Of a DNA stretch of 64,000 nucleotides, positions 13,373 to 25,500 are shown piece by piece (the first letter of the stretch is position 1; the number at the start of each line of letters is the position of its first letter). Made by a program: the position numbers and the translations under genes. Source of the stretch: Callorhinchus milii (taxonomy: Eukaryota); NCBI RefSeq assembly GCF_018977255.1, contig NW_024704743.1, positions 38,814,001-38,878,000 of the forward strand. The letters run 5' to 3'. The notes below the pieces were generated by a model that saw nothing but the letters and a program-made list of their open reading frames with translations, was not told the DNA's origin and did no database searches.

Positions 13373-13896
13373 CTGTTGAAAAGCATAACATTAAAAACGA
13401 ATTCAATTAATGTACACTTATATCTTCATTATATCCAGTAAAGCAATTCTCTCTTAACAAATATTCACCAAGAACAACAAATGGGATTTTTCTTGATGAT
13501 TGGGGATGTCTAATTGATGTTTCATTTACACAAGTGTTCATTATATCCTATTAAAATACCTATCAAATACCCCTATTGCAATTATACAACCTTAGTCACT
13601 CTGAGCTCATTTTCAAACTACAGTATTTGTGATCACGTAAATGCAGTTGAAAGCACATTGACACTACATACAAGATGTAGCAAATTTGCACTGATGATTT
13701 TCAGTAGTAATTATACCATTTATGTTTGAGAACCACCAAAGCATTTTCAAACTCATTGTTTGTTTGTTTTGGATGGGCGTTTGGGGGGGGGCGAGGTTGG
13801 GAGTTAAGAGCATGCTCTCCCAGTATCCCCATACCCTCCCCCTATATATCTTGGCCCTACATCCCTATGTCATATTTGTTGACTGTTGGGAGCGGT

Positions 13897-13926
13897 NNNN
13901 NNNNNNNNNNNNNNNNNNNNNNNNNN
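13897..13926. other. Assembly gap (30 N)
   Basis: Run of 30 n; coincides exactly with the end of the left duplicated arm. Confidence 1.
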
Positions 13927-14184
13927 TTATGGACAAGCGCTTCGAAGGCGTTGAAGATTCTCTAAGAGTGCATCGACCGCCTTCTGGTGGTTGGACGACA
14001 CAGAAACAATTTGCTAGTCACCATACATTAACACAGCACTAAATAATTTGGCGTCATACTGTAAAATAAACTTGAAGAGGAAGTCTCATGATTTGCAGCC
14101 CTTTTAAAATGTTGATAGGAGATTTGGATTGACTTTTTCAAATATTCCCTTGGGTATTTTGCAGTCATCAAGCTGAGAGATGTC

Positions 14185-14525
14185 GCAAAACACAAAATAT
14201 ACAGTCAATTCAATTTACAGTACATTCTGTGAAGCGCTTTGTGACTGACGTCTCAACAACATAATAAGGCGCTATATCAAAACAAAAACAATAATAAATT
14301 GGTAATTTTCAATCCACGACTGTTTGTGGGACATTGCTGCGTGCAATTGGCTGCCATGTTTCGCCCACAAATATAAAGTCAATTCACTTTACAGCATATT
14401 CTGTGAAGAGCTTTGAGACATCTAGAAGATGTGAAAAGCGCTATATCAAATGCAAGGATTATTATTATTATTTATTATTATTATCAAATGCAAGGATTAT
14501 TATTACTATTGTTGTCAATATTATT
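14185..14525 (+). mobile_element. Cluster of truncated SINE bodies/tails
   Basis: Repeated ACAGTCAATTCA..AAGCGCTTTG and ATCAAATGCAAGGATTATT motifs. Confidence 0.75.
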
Positions 14526-16239
14526 ATTATGCCAGGCTAGGATATAGAACACAATTCTACTTTCTCGACCTAATTTCAACATCCAGCATTCTTTGGGCCA
14601 GGAATAGGACAGATAGTCATATCTAGAGATAACAGTATCCTTTATCCCAATCTCAAAACACTCCCTTTCCATTGGTAAGAGCAGAGCTCCAAATGAACCC
14701 TCTAAGTGGCTTTGAGGCAGTTTTAGTGGAATAGGATTGAAATGATCCACACTCATTTGAAGTTAGACTCTAGCAGTCATCGGAAAGATAGCAATCTCAT
14801 CAGAATATACTACATTTAAACCCAGGTTTAGGATGAAAGGATGGAGTGCCCAGTTAATGCACCAAACATCCCAGTACCCAGACAAGACATGGTCTTAAGC
14901 GCAAAATTTTCTTCTTTTTCCCATGTTGATTTTTGGGGAATTGCTTCCGCTTAAATACTGATTGCTGATAATATCATGAGAGAATTGACCAACAAGAGTG
15001 CTTTCCTGTCAATATAAAATGTGAATCACATTCAAACTAATCTCCCCCTAAGTGTGATGTGCTTTGAGATGACTTCCTGATGTGAAAGACATGTTACAGA
15101 TTTTTAACAGTTTTCATTTTCAATAACTCCGATACATAATGATGTTAAAATTGTTCCATTATTTTTATCTTGGATTCTATTTTTTCTTTGTTTTGTGCAA
15201 TTACTTTACAAATAACAATTAAGAGTTGAATATTTTTATTAAGAGTATTTACTATTTCACAGTGGGATCGAAAAGTTGGTATTGGCAGAGTGGACGGACA
15301 TTGAGATTGCGGGCAGCGTTTTTCTTGCTCTTCCCCCCCACCACTGCCACCACCGCCCCTCAGACAAAAATCTGTCAAAAAGTCGGAAAAGCCAGTCGTT
15401 AAACAGGTTTTGGCAGTGTTCTCCCTACCCCCCTTTGCAATATTTAACAAGAATTTGCTAGCAATCTGTAGGAATCGAAGTCTCAATTAGTCCGGCAGAA
15501 AACTGACCTGGCTGTCTTATGATCTTTGTTAAAAATGTGTAATATAGGGTAGAAGTTACCTGCATGGCATGATAAAAAAAAATGTTCAATCAATCCATGA
15601 CTGTTTGTGGGACACTGCTGTGCGCAATTGGCTGCCGGGTTTCACCCATAAAAATACACGGTCAATTCACTTTTCAGTATATTCTGTGAAGCACTTTGAG
15701 ACATCTGAATGACATGATAAGGCGCTATATCAAATGCAAGGATTATTATTATAGCATATATAATTGTGAAGCATGAGCGTACAAGGCAAATCACCCACCG
15801 CGAGATTGCTTCTAATTAGAATTATCACAGCACAGAATGTTACAGCATATAAACAGGTGATTCATCCCAAGTCTGTGTTGGTGTTTTTTTCCCACACATG
15901 AGCCACCTAATCTAATTCCACTTTTCTGCTCATTGCTTATATCCTTTAATATTCCTCCCCTTCAAACATGGATGAAACTCCTTTTTAAAGGAATGCATGG
16001 ATGCTGCTTCTACTATGGACTATTTGCAGAAAATGTGGAAAACAGCTGTGATCTTCAGGTGCCCACCATGGCAAATACTCAGGATGGTGCAATTCTGACC
16101 CACATACATCTCAGATTTCATACCAGATGTGTGTTGAATTGGCTGATATCAGACTGAGTGGCAGTGGAGGTACTATAATTGGCTTCACCATTCCTGGGTG
16201 AAGAAGGATTATTTATTTTTTCAGATGTCTGTTAAAAAA

Positions 16240-16690
16240 ATTGTACCTATCAATTCTAGGATCTCCCTCTGCTGAGATCGCCTTTCTTGGTAACTTCAAT
16301 GCTCAGCATTAACAGTGTCTTGCGACCCACTGATCAGACCAGCACTATTGCAAAATCCCTTGTTATCTTAAATGATCTGGAGAATAACATCTCAATCAGC
16401 GTATCCACATCCTTGATTGACCTGATAATTCAGTGAATCTCCTAAATCTTTTCTTCACCTTCACTCTTAGACTGCTCTGAGACTGCATAGCAGTCTAACT
16501 GCTCTCTAACTCTTTTGATTGCTGTCTCATACTGACATGTTCCAAAATATCCTCCAACAAAATCACATCCAATCCTAACTCAGATTTGTTTGACTCCACA
16601 AATCAGCTGACTGCAATGATCTGAGAGAATTCTCTGTTGCCTTGCCTGGTCTAAATGCTGCTTCTATTCCTTTAATCTTCCATTGGAGTG
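16240..16690 (+). mobile_element. Ancient degenerate LINE endonuclease (APE) fragment, CR1-group
   Basis: Manual translation with stops/shifts: EIAFLGNFNAQH (GDFN motif), RIHILD*PDNSVNLLNLFFT (PT..PD..LDLFLT motif), SADCNDLREFSVALP (ADW..LR..FPW motif). Confidence 0.5.
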
Positions 16691-18182
16691 ACAGGATTAA
16701 ATGAAACAGGAAAGAAAGCCTCCATACTCCATTGTTTCCTGATTACTAAATCAGCTGTCACATTATTGTGCAATCCTACCTGCCTTCCTACCCTTTTTTG
16801 TGAAAGTCCTGATTCATGGCCAATTCAGAGCCCATGATCCCAGGAAACCATGGATTTGACTGGATACTGTTGCATACTTTAAATTACTGTGCATCCCTAG
16901 GGTTAGAGCTCAGTATTGGCTCTGAGACAAGTCCAAAGCATTTGCCTATTAAGCAAAATGGACACGTCTGTTTCCTCCACAGAACACGTATAAACTAAAC
17001 TGCCTGGCAGATCCTGGGGAAAGGAGGAAAACAAGAATTACTCACTGCATATCAAATATATTTTCTTTTTTTCAATCTAGGGGAGTACTTTAAAATCAAA
17101 GTGCTTCCCCTAGATTTTCCTTCCCCATTTTAGTGCAATACGCATTGCAGTGTGACCTTTTGTATTGTTTATCCTTATGGTCTCTTTTAGATTGTCAATT
17201 GCTGCTGAATTATGAGCAATTTGGTTTTCTTACATATTTCTATCTAATAGGAAGTGGTTAAGATTTCCCACACAGATTTCATGTCACTTAGGATGCTTCT
17301 AGACAGAAGAGACTTTCTTCCACACAATGTGGACTGCATCTTAAGCCATTTTTAAGATGGTAAAATGCCTAAGTTCTCAATAATTAACACCCACTGCGAG
17401 TCAGTCCAGGTAAATTATATATCAAGACCGTCCAGTATTGATTTTGTAATTTCCAAGGAAATCCATTTATGTGTACAGAATAAATTGTGGCAAGCTGCAT
17501 TGATTGTCTTCATCCGGATTTTCATGTAATACCAGGGCTTTACATTAACCCTTGCCATGTTGTATAAGCAGCAACCCTGTCAGAGTTGTGAGTGAGTCTA
17601 TATAACATGATCTTTAAAAGGAATTTACTATACTTCTGTATTAGATGAGTGACTCTACAGTCTTAATTAGTTTCACTCACTGCTTTCATCAATCTAAAGA
17701 CTTTACACAAGCACCAAGCTTGTTTGCGCACATGGGTAGATCCAGACCCAGCAAAGAGGATGCTTTTTACAAAGAGAGAGTGGAGTTAAAGTGACCCAGA
17801 CTGCTCTCATAACCCTCCAAGCAGACTCTCCCAAGCACAGTAGAAGCGTGGAAGTGGATTGCCTCTCTCAGTAAGGAAGAACAAAATAACTTTGTGAAAC
17901 TGGAGAGAGGAAGTGAAGCAACATACTATACTTTCAATATAAGTTACCTTTTCAAGTTGTGTCTCTTAGTTGATTGTATGGAAAATAAATGTACTTGTCC
18001 TGCATAGTAGAATAATTGTTAATTTACTGGTGTGGTTATACAATTATAAAAAATATTGAAATAATAAGTACTGCACTTAACTTTGAATACAAATGCAGCG
18101 CTACATAGGCATACATAAAATGTTACAGCACATCCAATCAACACAATGAAGCATCCCACGAAGAACCTCTCTCAGGAGATAT

Positions 18183-18550
18183 TGGAGTGAAATTTGCGGT
18201 GTTCCTTAAACTGTTCCCTCTCTTAACTCGCACAAGAAACACATTAAGAACACTCTCAAATTTGTTTCTCAATTAGCGTCAGCATAAATGGTTTCCTTTA
18301 CTTACCTCAGTAAAGAACACTCCGCTCCCAATCTCCAATCAGCCACTCCTTCACCCATTCCTCAATACAGCTGTGAACTCCTGGCAGCTAATCTGGAGGA
18401 GTGACTGCTCAGAGACTAGGAGAAGGTCACTCTTCCCAGAGAACAGTGAGGCTACTTTACATCATTACTAATTAAGAAGCGTTTCTTAACGAATCTCTTG
18501 TGTTAATTAACCCAAGCAATGGGCTAAGAAACCCTGCCTATTTCACCCCA
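18183..18550. mobile_element. MITE-like imperfect palindromic element
   Basis: Ends TGGAGTGAAAT / ATTTCACCCCA are inverted; subterminal CACAAGAAACACATTAAGAA pairs imperfectly with TTCTTAACGAATCTCTTGTG. Confidence 0.55.
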
Positions 18551-19179
18551 TTTTGTCTGAAATTGTAAGCTGTAACTGAAAGATCAGATGGATGCATAAG
18601 TATATTTGTGACTGACCACAAGGTAGTAAAATAGGATAATTGATCAATAAAGCTCATTGCAGAATGTCCTTAAATATAGGCAGTCAATCCTAAATCACGA
18701 TGATTGAAAGTTGGTAATATTTTATTTAGCTTCAAGAGAAAGTTCCTGTTAAAAGTCAAAATGTTATAGAGAATTATAATTGACATTTTCTTTCTGTCTG
18801 AATTGCACAATTTTCCATGAAATCTGATTGTAATTTTACATTCTGTAATTTTTTTTATGAATCTATAGCAAGAGCCCGCTGGTCAATCTGGAGGCAACAA
18901 GATGGCATTAATTTAAAATCATTGCCAGAAATATAAAGAAAAAGATTGGGTTTACAGAATTCTTTTTCACACAGATGTTTGAAATGCGCTACCAAAATCA
19001 GTGTTTGCCAATGAATCTGAAAAACTAAAACGTTAAAATAACTAATTCTTGTATTTGATCTAACCTCAATAATATTGTAAATGTCTTAAAGAACTTTTAG
19101 ACAGCAATCTATTTCAGATAACAATTAAATTTTTCAAATTATTCCGTAAAGTGGAGTAACTATGCATTTGTAGGTGAGC

Positions 19180-19480
19180 CTGGCAGCCAATGTCCAGACA
19201 GCAATGCCGCACAAAAAGGCATGAAGAGAATGACTCATTTTTGGACAATCTGGAGGTTGTTGGACAGGACACTGGGAGAAACTCCCTTCTCTTTCCAAAT
19301 AGTGCCGGGTATCTTGTCCAGATTAGCATCTCACCCAAAAGACAGTATCTGTGATAATGCAACACTTCCCCAGTAGTGCATTGAAGTGTCAGCCTTGACT
19401 GTGATCTCAAAGTCCCAGCATCAGGTTTGAACCCATAACCTTCTTGCTCAGAGGTGTGGGTACGATCAACTGAGCCAGTC
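19180..19480 (-). mobile_element. Deu-domain SINE, degenerate
   Basis: CAGGACACTGGGAGAAACTCCCTTCT..GTGTCAGCCTTGAC..TTTGAACCCATAACCTTCT similar to 1-262. Confidence 0.65.
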
Positions 19481-21777
19481 TGACGCCTAATTCTCCTTCT
19501 CGTCACTGCCATCTCCAGACTTGTAAACCATCTTTATTTCAACATTTATTTTTCCCAAGAGCAGGTTTCTGCATTTATTTTTGTATTATTATTGTCCAAC
19601 ACTCAATGCCTGCAGAAGGAAATCTTGTTACTGTTTCTTATAAATGAAGATGTCTTACAGCATTCAAATAATCATCTAGAATCCCTAAGATTTGTAACCT
19701 CATAAAAAAAATAGATGTTAGACAAAAATCGTATTTTTCAACTGCCCACATCAATTACGGTGTCAGTTGTAAACAGTGTTATTCACAACTGGAGGAATTA
19801 GAAGATCTAAAGTCAAGGATTGTCTTACCCAACGACAGCTTTGGATTAAGAGTCTGGAGATAATAATAATTATATAATAATGAAAATCCTTACATTTGAG
19901 ATAGCACTGTGTTAACTCGTCAAGATATCTCAAAGCGTTTACAGAATTTTACTGCAAAGTATAATGACTCTGTAAACAAACACAACAACAAAATTACATT
20001 TTTATAGCGCCTTTCACATCCGGAGGACGTCCCAAGGCACTGGACAGACAACATCATGTTTACCTACAGCAATGTCCTATAAACAACCATGAAGTGAGTG
20101 ACCATTTGGGGGACTGTTGGCCAGGACATTGGTGGAAACTCCTTTCTTTTGTCAAATAGTGCCTTGGGATCTTAATCAGACAGGACTTGTTTTTAATTAC
20201 TGACAGTGGATTTCTAACCCTTCTAACCCTAACCCACTAGATAACTGGAAGAATTTTTTTGGAGGGGAGATTTAAATGCTTAACAGATTTTTATTTACAC
20301 AGAAGGTATTAGAGAGGAATACGTTACCACAAATGACTGTTGAAGTTGAGCTCATAACATTGTTTTAAAGGGAATTGATTAAATACATTACTTTAAAGAA
20401 AAATAATAGTGATGGGTAAAGGGAAAAGATCAGGGGAGTGGGATTAGTGTAGATATCTCCAGTAGAGGTGAGTCCACCAATACAGATGTGTGGGCCAGTC
20501 AAATTGGCTCCTGTGTTGTAAATGTTTCACGATTCTAACATAAAACAAAGTATTTCCCACAGCTACCAAATATGTAGGGCCCTCACGAGTACTACTTTCT
20601 TAGGAAAATAAAAAGTTCAATTAAATGCACCCGATTTTAAAAAAAAGCAAGCTTGCAGAACAAATCTTGGAGAAATATTCTCAAATATCCAGTGCTTAAA
20701 ACCTATCAAATTTCTAAAATGACTAATCCCAAGTGAGAGAAATGAAGGCTGTGAAGCTCACAGAATTCTGTACCAGATAAACAAACAAAGCACATAGCGA
20801 TTTTTATTAGTAGCCACAAGAATGTCATCAAATTAATTGCCCTCAGGATGATAGTGCTACGCAGCTAATTGAGGCAACGGAATGGAAATCCCAGGCATGA
20901 AATGAGCATGGGAACAATTCTGAAGAATTTGTAGTGTTCACTTTCATTTCATTAAACCCCAGCAAAGTTATTTAAATCATGATTTTTTTTAAAAAAAGAA
21001 GGTGAAGTGGTTTTTGCAATTGTGCAAATGTTCTTTCAAATATCTTCACCAGATTGATAGAACATCTGGATGTCTGGGTTTGTGGAATAAAAGAGTAGCA
21101 ACCCGTGATAGTAGAATTTAATGTGTACAGTACATCACCCACAAAATACACAGTTTATTATACTTCACAGTATATCCTTTGAAGCGCTTTGAGACATCTC
21201 AACGATGGGATAAGGTGCTGTATCAAATGCAAAGATTATTATTATACATTTGTCTTTCATAATTTAGTTTCCTTCCCCTCTCCCCATACTCTGCATCCAT
21301 TGAATCCTCAGTTGGGAGTTTGAATTTGTCAAGCCAATAAGAAGTTAATGGTCATTTTTTATCCCTTGAGCAGCTCAGATGAGAGGAGATAATAACCATT
21401 ATGACTGTGGACAAGGTGAAGCAAGGAACTAAACAGGTTCTTGGAAATTAAAAGGAATCAGTGTTATTTGTTTATGTAATAACTGTGTTGAAAGAACCTT
21501 TGGGAGTTGGATGGGTGGGTTAAAGTTGCTCCTGCCTGAAACTATTGCTATATTTTTTTGCATGTAATAAGAAAATATACTTTGAAGCCTGTTGAGTGCA
21601 TTTCACGCCTGAGAGTAAAACCACTGTGTAGATCAGATTTGATCTGTTAGTGTTAGTAAGGGACATCAATCTTATAGAAGTAAACCAACTCCATGATAAT
21701 TTGCATTAATTGTCAGGAACTGTATTACAGCTTGCTGAATCCTAAATATGTTTGTTCTCTCTCTGTGCTTCCTTAAG

Positions 21778-21933
21778 GGTGAATTGTTGAGTCCTTGTCG
21801 CTGTGATGGCTCTGTGCGTTACTCCCATCAACCATGCCTTTTGAAGTGGATTAGCGAAAGAGGGTCATGGAGCTGTGAGATTTGCTGTTACAGATACCAC
21901 GTAGTCGCAATAAGAATGAAAAGACCATGTCAG
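21778..21933 (+). CDS. MARCHF11: MARCHF11 E3 ubiquitin ligase, exon 2 (RING-CH core)
   Basis: ttaag|GGT..CAG|gtacc, 156 nt phase 0/0; [52 protein letters not shown], recognisably MARCH11. Confidence 0.95.
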
Positions 21934-22354
21934 GTACCTGGTAAATTTTAGAATAATGAATACAATATAGGCTGAGGTATTGAATAAAGCAAGGCTTTTA
22001 TGCAAAAGTATAGTAACTCCCAATATTAGACAAGAGTTTATATTGATTAGCTGTTATTGATAAGCTGTTTTAAAGTTTCTTCAATGAACAGTAAATATTT
22101 GCCCATAGATCCACAAAGCCTTCCAAAGTGTTTCCATTTCAGACCCCCTGATGCAGTCTATAAACAGAGTAACATAGATACATTTTTCTCCTTTCCACAA
22201 ACTATTCATCATCTCATTTGTTTCAGAACTGTATTGATTAGCCACAGTGCTGCCCCCTACCCCTTCTTTTGCTCTCTTGAACTTAATCTTCACACCAATT
22301 ACCCAAGTGAAACCTTGGGCACGTTTCGTTACTTCACACGCATGATAATAATCT

Positions 22355-22550
22355 CTCAAAAAAACAATAATAAACTGGTCATTTCAATCCACGACTGTTT
22401 GTGGGACACTGCTGTGCGCAATTGGCTGCTGAATTTCGCCCACAAATATACAGACAATTTTACTTTACAGTCTATTCTGTGAAGCGCTTTGAAATGTCTA
22501 GAGAACGTGAAAAGCATCATATCAAATGCAAGGATTATTATTATTATTAA
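22355..22550 (+). mobile_element. 5'-truncated SINE
   Basis: Body and tail motifs as in the full copies. Confidence 0.8.
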
Positions 22551-25500
22551 TTCTCTGCTATGTTTAGCCAATGCTGCTTTCTTCCCTCAGTCATTATTCC
22601 TGACCACCCTCTTCCCCTCTTCCTTTGGCCCCTCTTGTTATTTCTCCCTATATCCACCTCACACTCTTCAAGTCCTTTCCTTGACTTCACCTACATTGGA
22701 CTGCGGTCGGCAATTTAGCAATTGGGGGGGATTAGAGATTTATCAGTTTTAAAGCTGTGAGATGCTACTCCATAGCCCAGTAAATGAGTTCACCAGTGGG
22801 TATATTACTAGTGCCCATTCAAGTCTCAAAATATAGAATCATTCAACGTCCCAGCAATCAAAGTATTTGCAGGTTTTTCCCATTCTTGTCCAGGTTAAAA
22901 TAGAAAGGAAGCAGCCTGAATTTCTTATCACTAAGGTGGTGTCGGTGGGTAATTAGTAGCATAATGCAAATAATTTTGAGGCTGAGCTCCTTTTATATTG
23001 AGTAGATTCAGACATAAGCCAATGAGTTAGGATTGACAGATCTTTTTGCCAATAACCATGTGTCCTGACTGATCGAGGATATCATTACAATTATATAGTG
23101 GAAGAAGTTAGAAGATGAATCATTTGGGAAGCATAACATGAGTGAAAATGATCTGTTTGTGATAATATTTTATCTTCTGTTACTTAACTTATTGGTGATT
23201 GCAGCAAAAGGCTGCAAGGAACATTTGTTTTATTATACCCTTCAACTTGCATTTATCGTGCAAAACAGCAAAACTTTCTGATCCACGGCTGAACAATCTT
23301 CTTCCTGCTGCTGTGTTGTTCGCTCGTTTCATTAACTGACACTTGTTGTCCAATGACAATGAAATGTATCCTTCTCACAAGTCATGGCTCAATGAATAAA
23401 AATATCTCGAGTTTCAATCCAAGGGTATAATAAATCTGGAATATATACACAGTGAAGAGTGCATGTGGCAAGAAGTAATGTCTATCCACTGAATATTCTC
23501 CATTACATTTATCCAATATTTTCTTGTTCTGCAAATCAGGCTGTTTTGGGCTATTATTTAGGGCCTTAAGTAATTATAAAATCCTTCCGGTAATTCAAAG
23601 TACATCACGTTCACCCATGAGAACTTCACACCAAACGGCATTATTTCTGGAGTGTTATTATTATGAATTGGGGATATTTTCTAATGGGAGTTTTTATTAA
23701 GGAATTCTGCATTTTATATCCTTATGGTTTATAACATAAAAACATAAGAAGGCATGAAACATGAGAAGACCATTTGATCCATCAGGGTAACTCCTGTGCC
23801 AGCCACTGTTGCAAACCCCATGACATGGTATTCAATTCATCAGCATCGAATAAACCATCCACTTAATTGACCATGTTGACAACACGGTTGGAAGCTAATC
23901 TCAACATGAATGTTTTTTGTTTCATACAGTTATGTGAAATTCACATTTAATTGGAATTCCAGCCATTATGTCCCGAATCTCTGGAACTCCCTGCCTCAAT
24001 CCCCTCAGTCTTGCCCCCTCTTTGCCCATCTTAAAATTACACCTGAAGGGTTTTCTTTTTGACTGTACCTTCAGCCACCTCCCCTTAGACATGCTCTGAG
24101 ACGCTACCCACGTGAAGAGTGCTGTATAAATACAAGTTGTTGTTGTTGGAATTTAGTCCTCTATTAAGTACAGTATTTGTTGATCTTTTTATTAAGTATT
24201 TATTTCCTGAGTGTGATTTGTTTTACATGTTGGTTTATTTTCCTGCTCTCCTTGTTTTGGTTTTCTCACAATACATCCTATATTACCGGTATTCAACAGG
24301 GAGATATCCCAGAACCGCAAGTGATTGATCTTGAAAGCAAACCTCAAACACTTTGAGGCATAATATACATTAACTCTGCTTATCAATAAACAAATCAACG
24401 CAAAATTCTCAGGAACTTATTTGCAGTCATTGTAAAAATGAAATAGGAAAATAGCATTGAGTATAAACAGGAACAAAAGTTTTCCAAGTCTGTTTAAAAT
24501 ACTCATGAAACAATCCCAAGGTTATTTCTGAATAAAATATTCCAACACCAACTGAAACCCATTTAAGGTGTTGGCATATTATTGTAAAGAAATTTAAAGT
24601 GCTGAATATAAATTTATTAGATGCCGGAAATCTACAAGAAGTGCATCAAGGAGCTTTGATTGATTTGGAACTCTATTCCTGAAAACAACTCCATAGAGAA
24701 TAATCCTACAGATTATAGCTCTATTAAGCACTCATCACAAAGATCTTAACACACCGATAAGTAACTACTGCCACAAAATGTGTAACATTTCACAGAATTG
24801 TAGATTCTGACATCTTATGCACCTCAGACATGTGCTGCTTTACATTTCTATTAACGGTGAACCTTCTAAAATTATTTAAATTATCCTGGATTGCTTTACT
24901 TTAACACTTGGTATATTTTGGTTCACACAAGCTCTGTGTTTGTTTATATTGGTATTTTTGTTTCTGTTAAATGTTAGAGCTTGTGAATAAAACCCGATCC
25001 AAGCTTTTTTTTTATTATGCACCATACGCGCATTGGGATGTCCTCCTGACATGAAAGGTGATCTCTTAATATACATTTGTATTGGATTTTATTCACATAT
25101 ATTTTGAAAAACAAAATTCATGTATTGTTTTTGCCCTGACTTAATTTAACTTTTCCTTGTCACAAATGCTTTCTGGCATTGATACTATAAATTGCTCACC
25201 GATACAAAGCATTCCTCACAGGTCTCCCTAGTTCCACCATCCACAAGGTCCAACTCATATAATACCCCAGTTCACATTCTCACCCATACCAAGATCCGCA
25301 CTCCAATCAGCACAATCTTCCCCAGGCTTTACCTGCTCCCCATCTCCGAAAGGATCAATTTCAAGATCCTTACCCACACTTACATTTCCCTTCATGCCGC
25401 AGCACCTCCCTCCCTCTCTGACCTGCTTGTATGCCACTCCACTGATGAATACTGAGATGTTGCTGGTAATGCTTGCACTTGGTTTGCCAGTGTCAGTGCT

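Larger units (their letters stand above)
1..13896 (-). repeat. Left arm of large inverted duplication (reverse complement of 34366-49407); may extend beyond window start
   Basis: Base 1 (GCCAGGACAC) pairs with 49407; 13896 (..AGCGGT) pairs with 34366 (ACCGCT..). Mirror-image ORFs recur across the track (e.g. 13047-13406 vs 34856-35215). Only scattered SNPs/indels outside tandem repeats. Confidence 0.97.

Noticed and set aside
13047..13406. Second functional MARCHF11 gene on the minus strand
   Set aside because: Only the last exon, identical to the + copy, and cut off by the gap; best explained by the duplication.
20211..20236. Telomere-like TAACCC repeats
   Set aside because: Only about 3 imperfect units; not distinguishable from chance.
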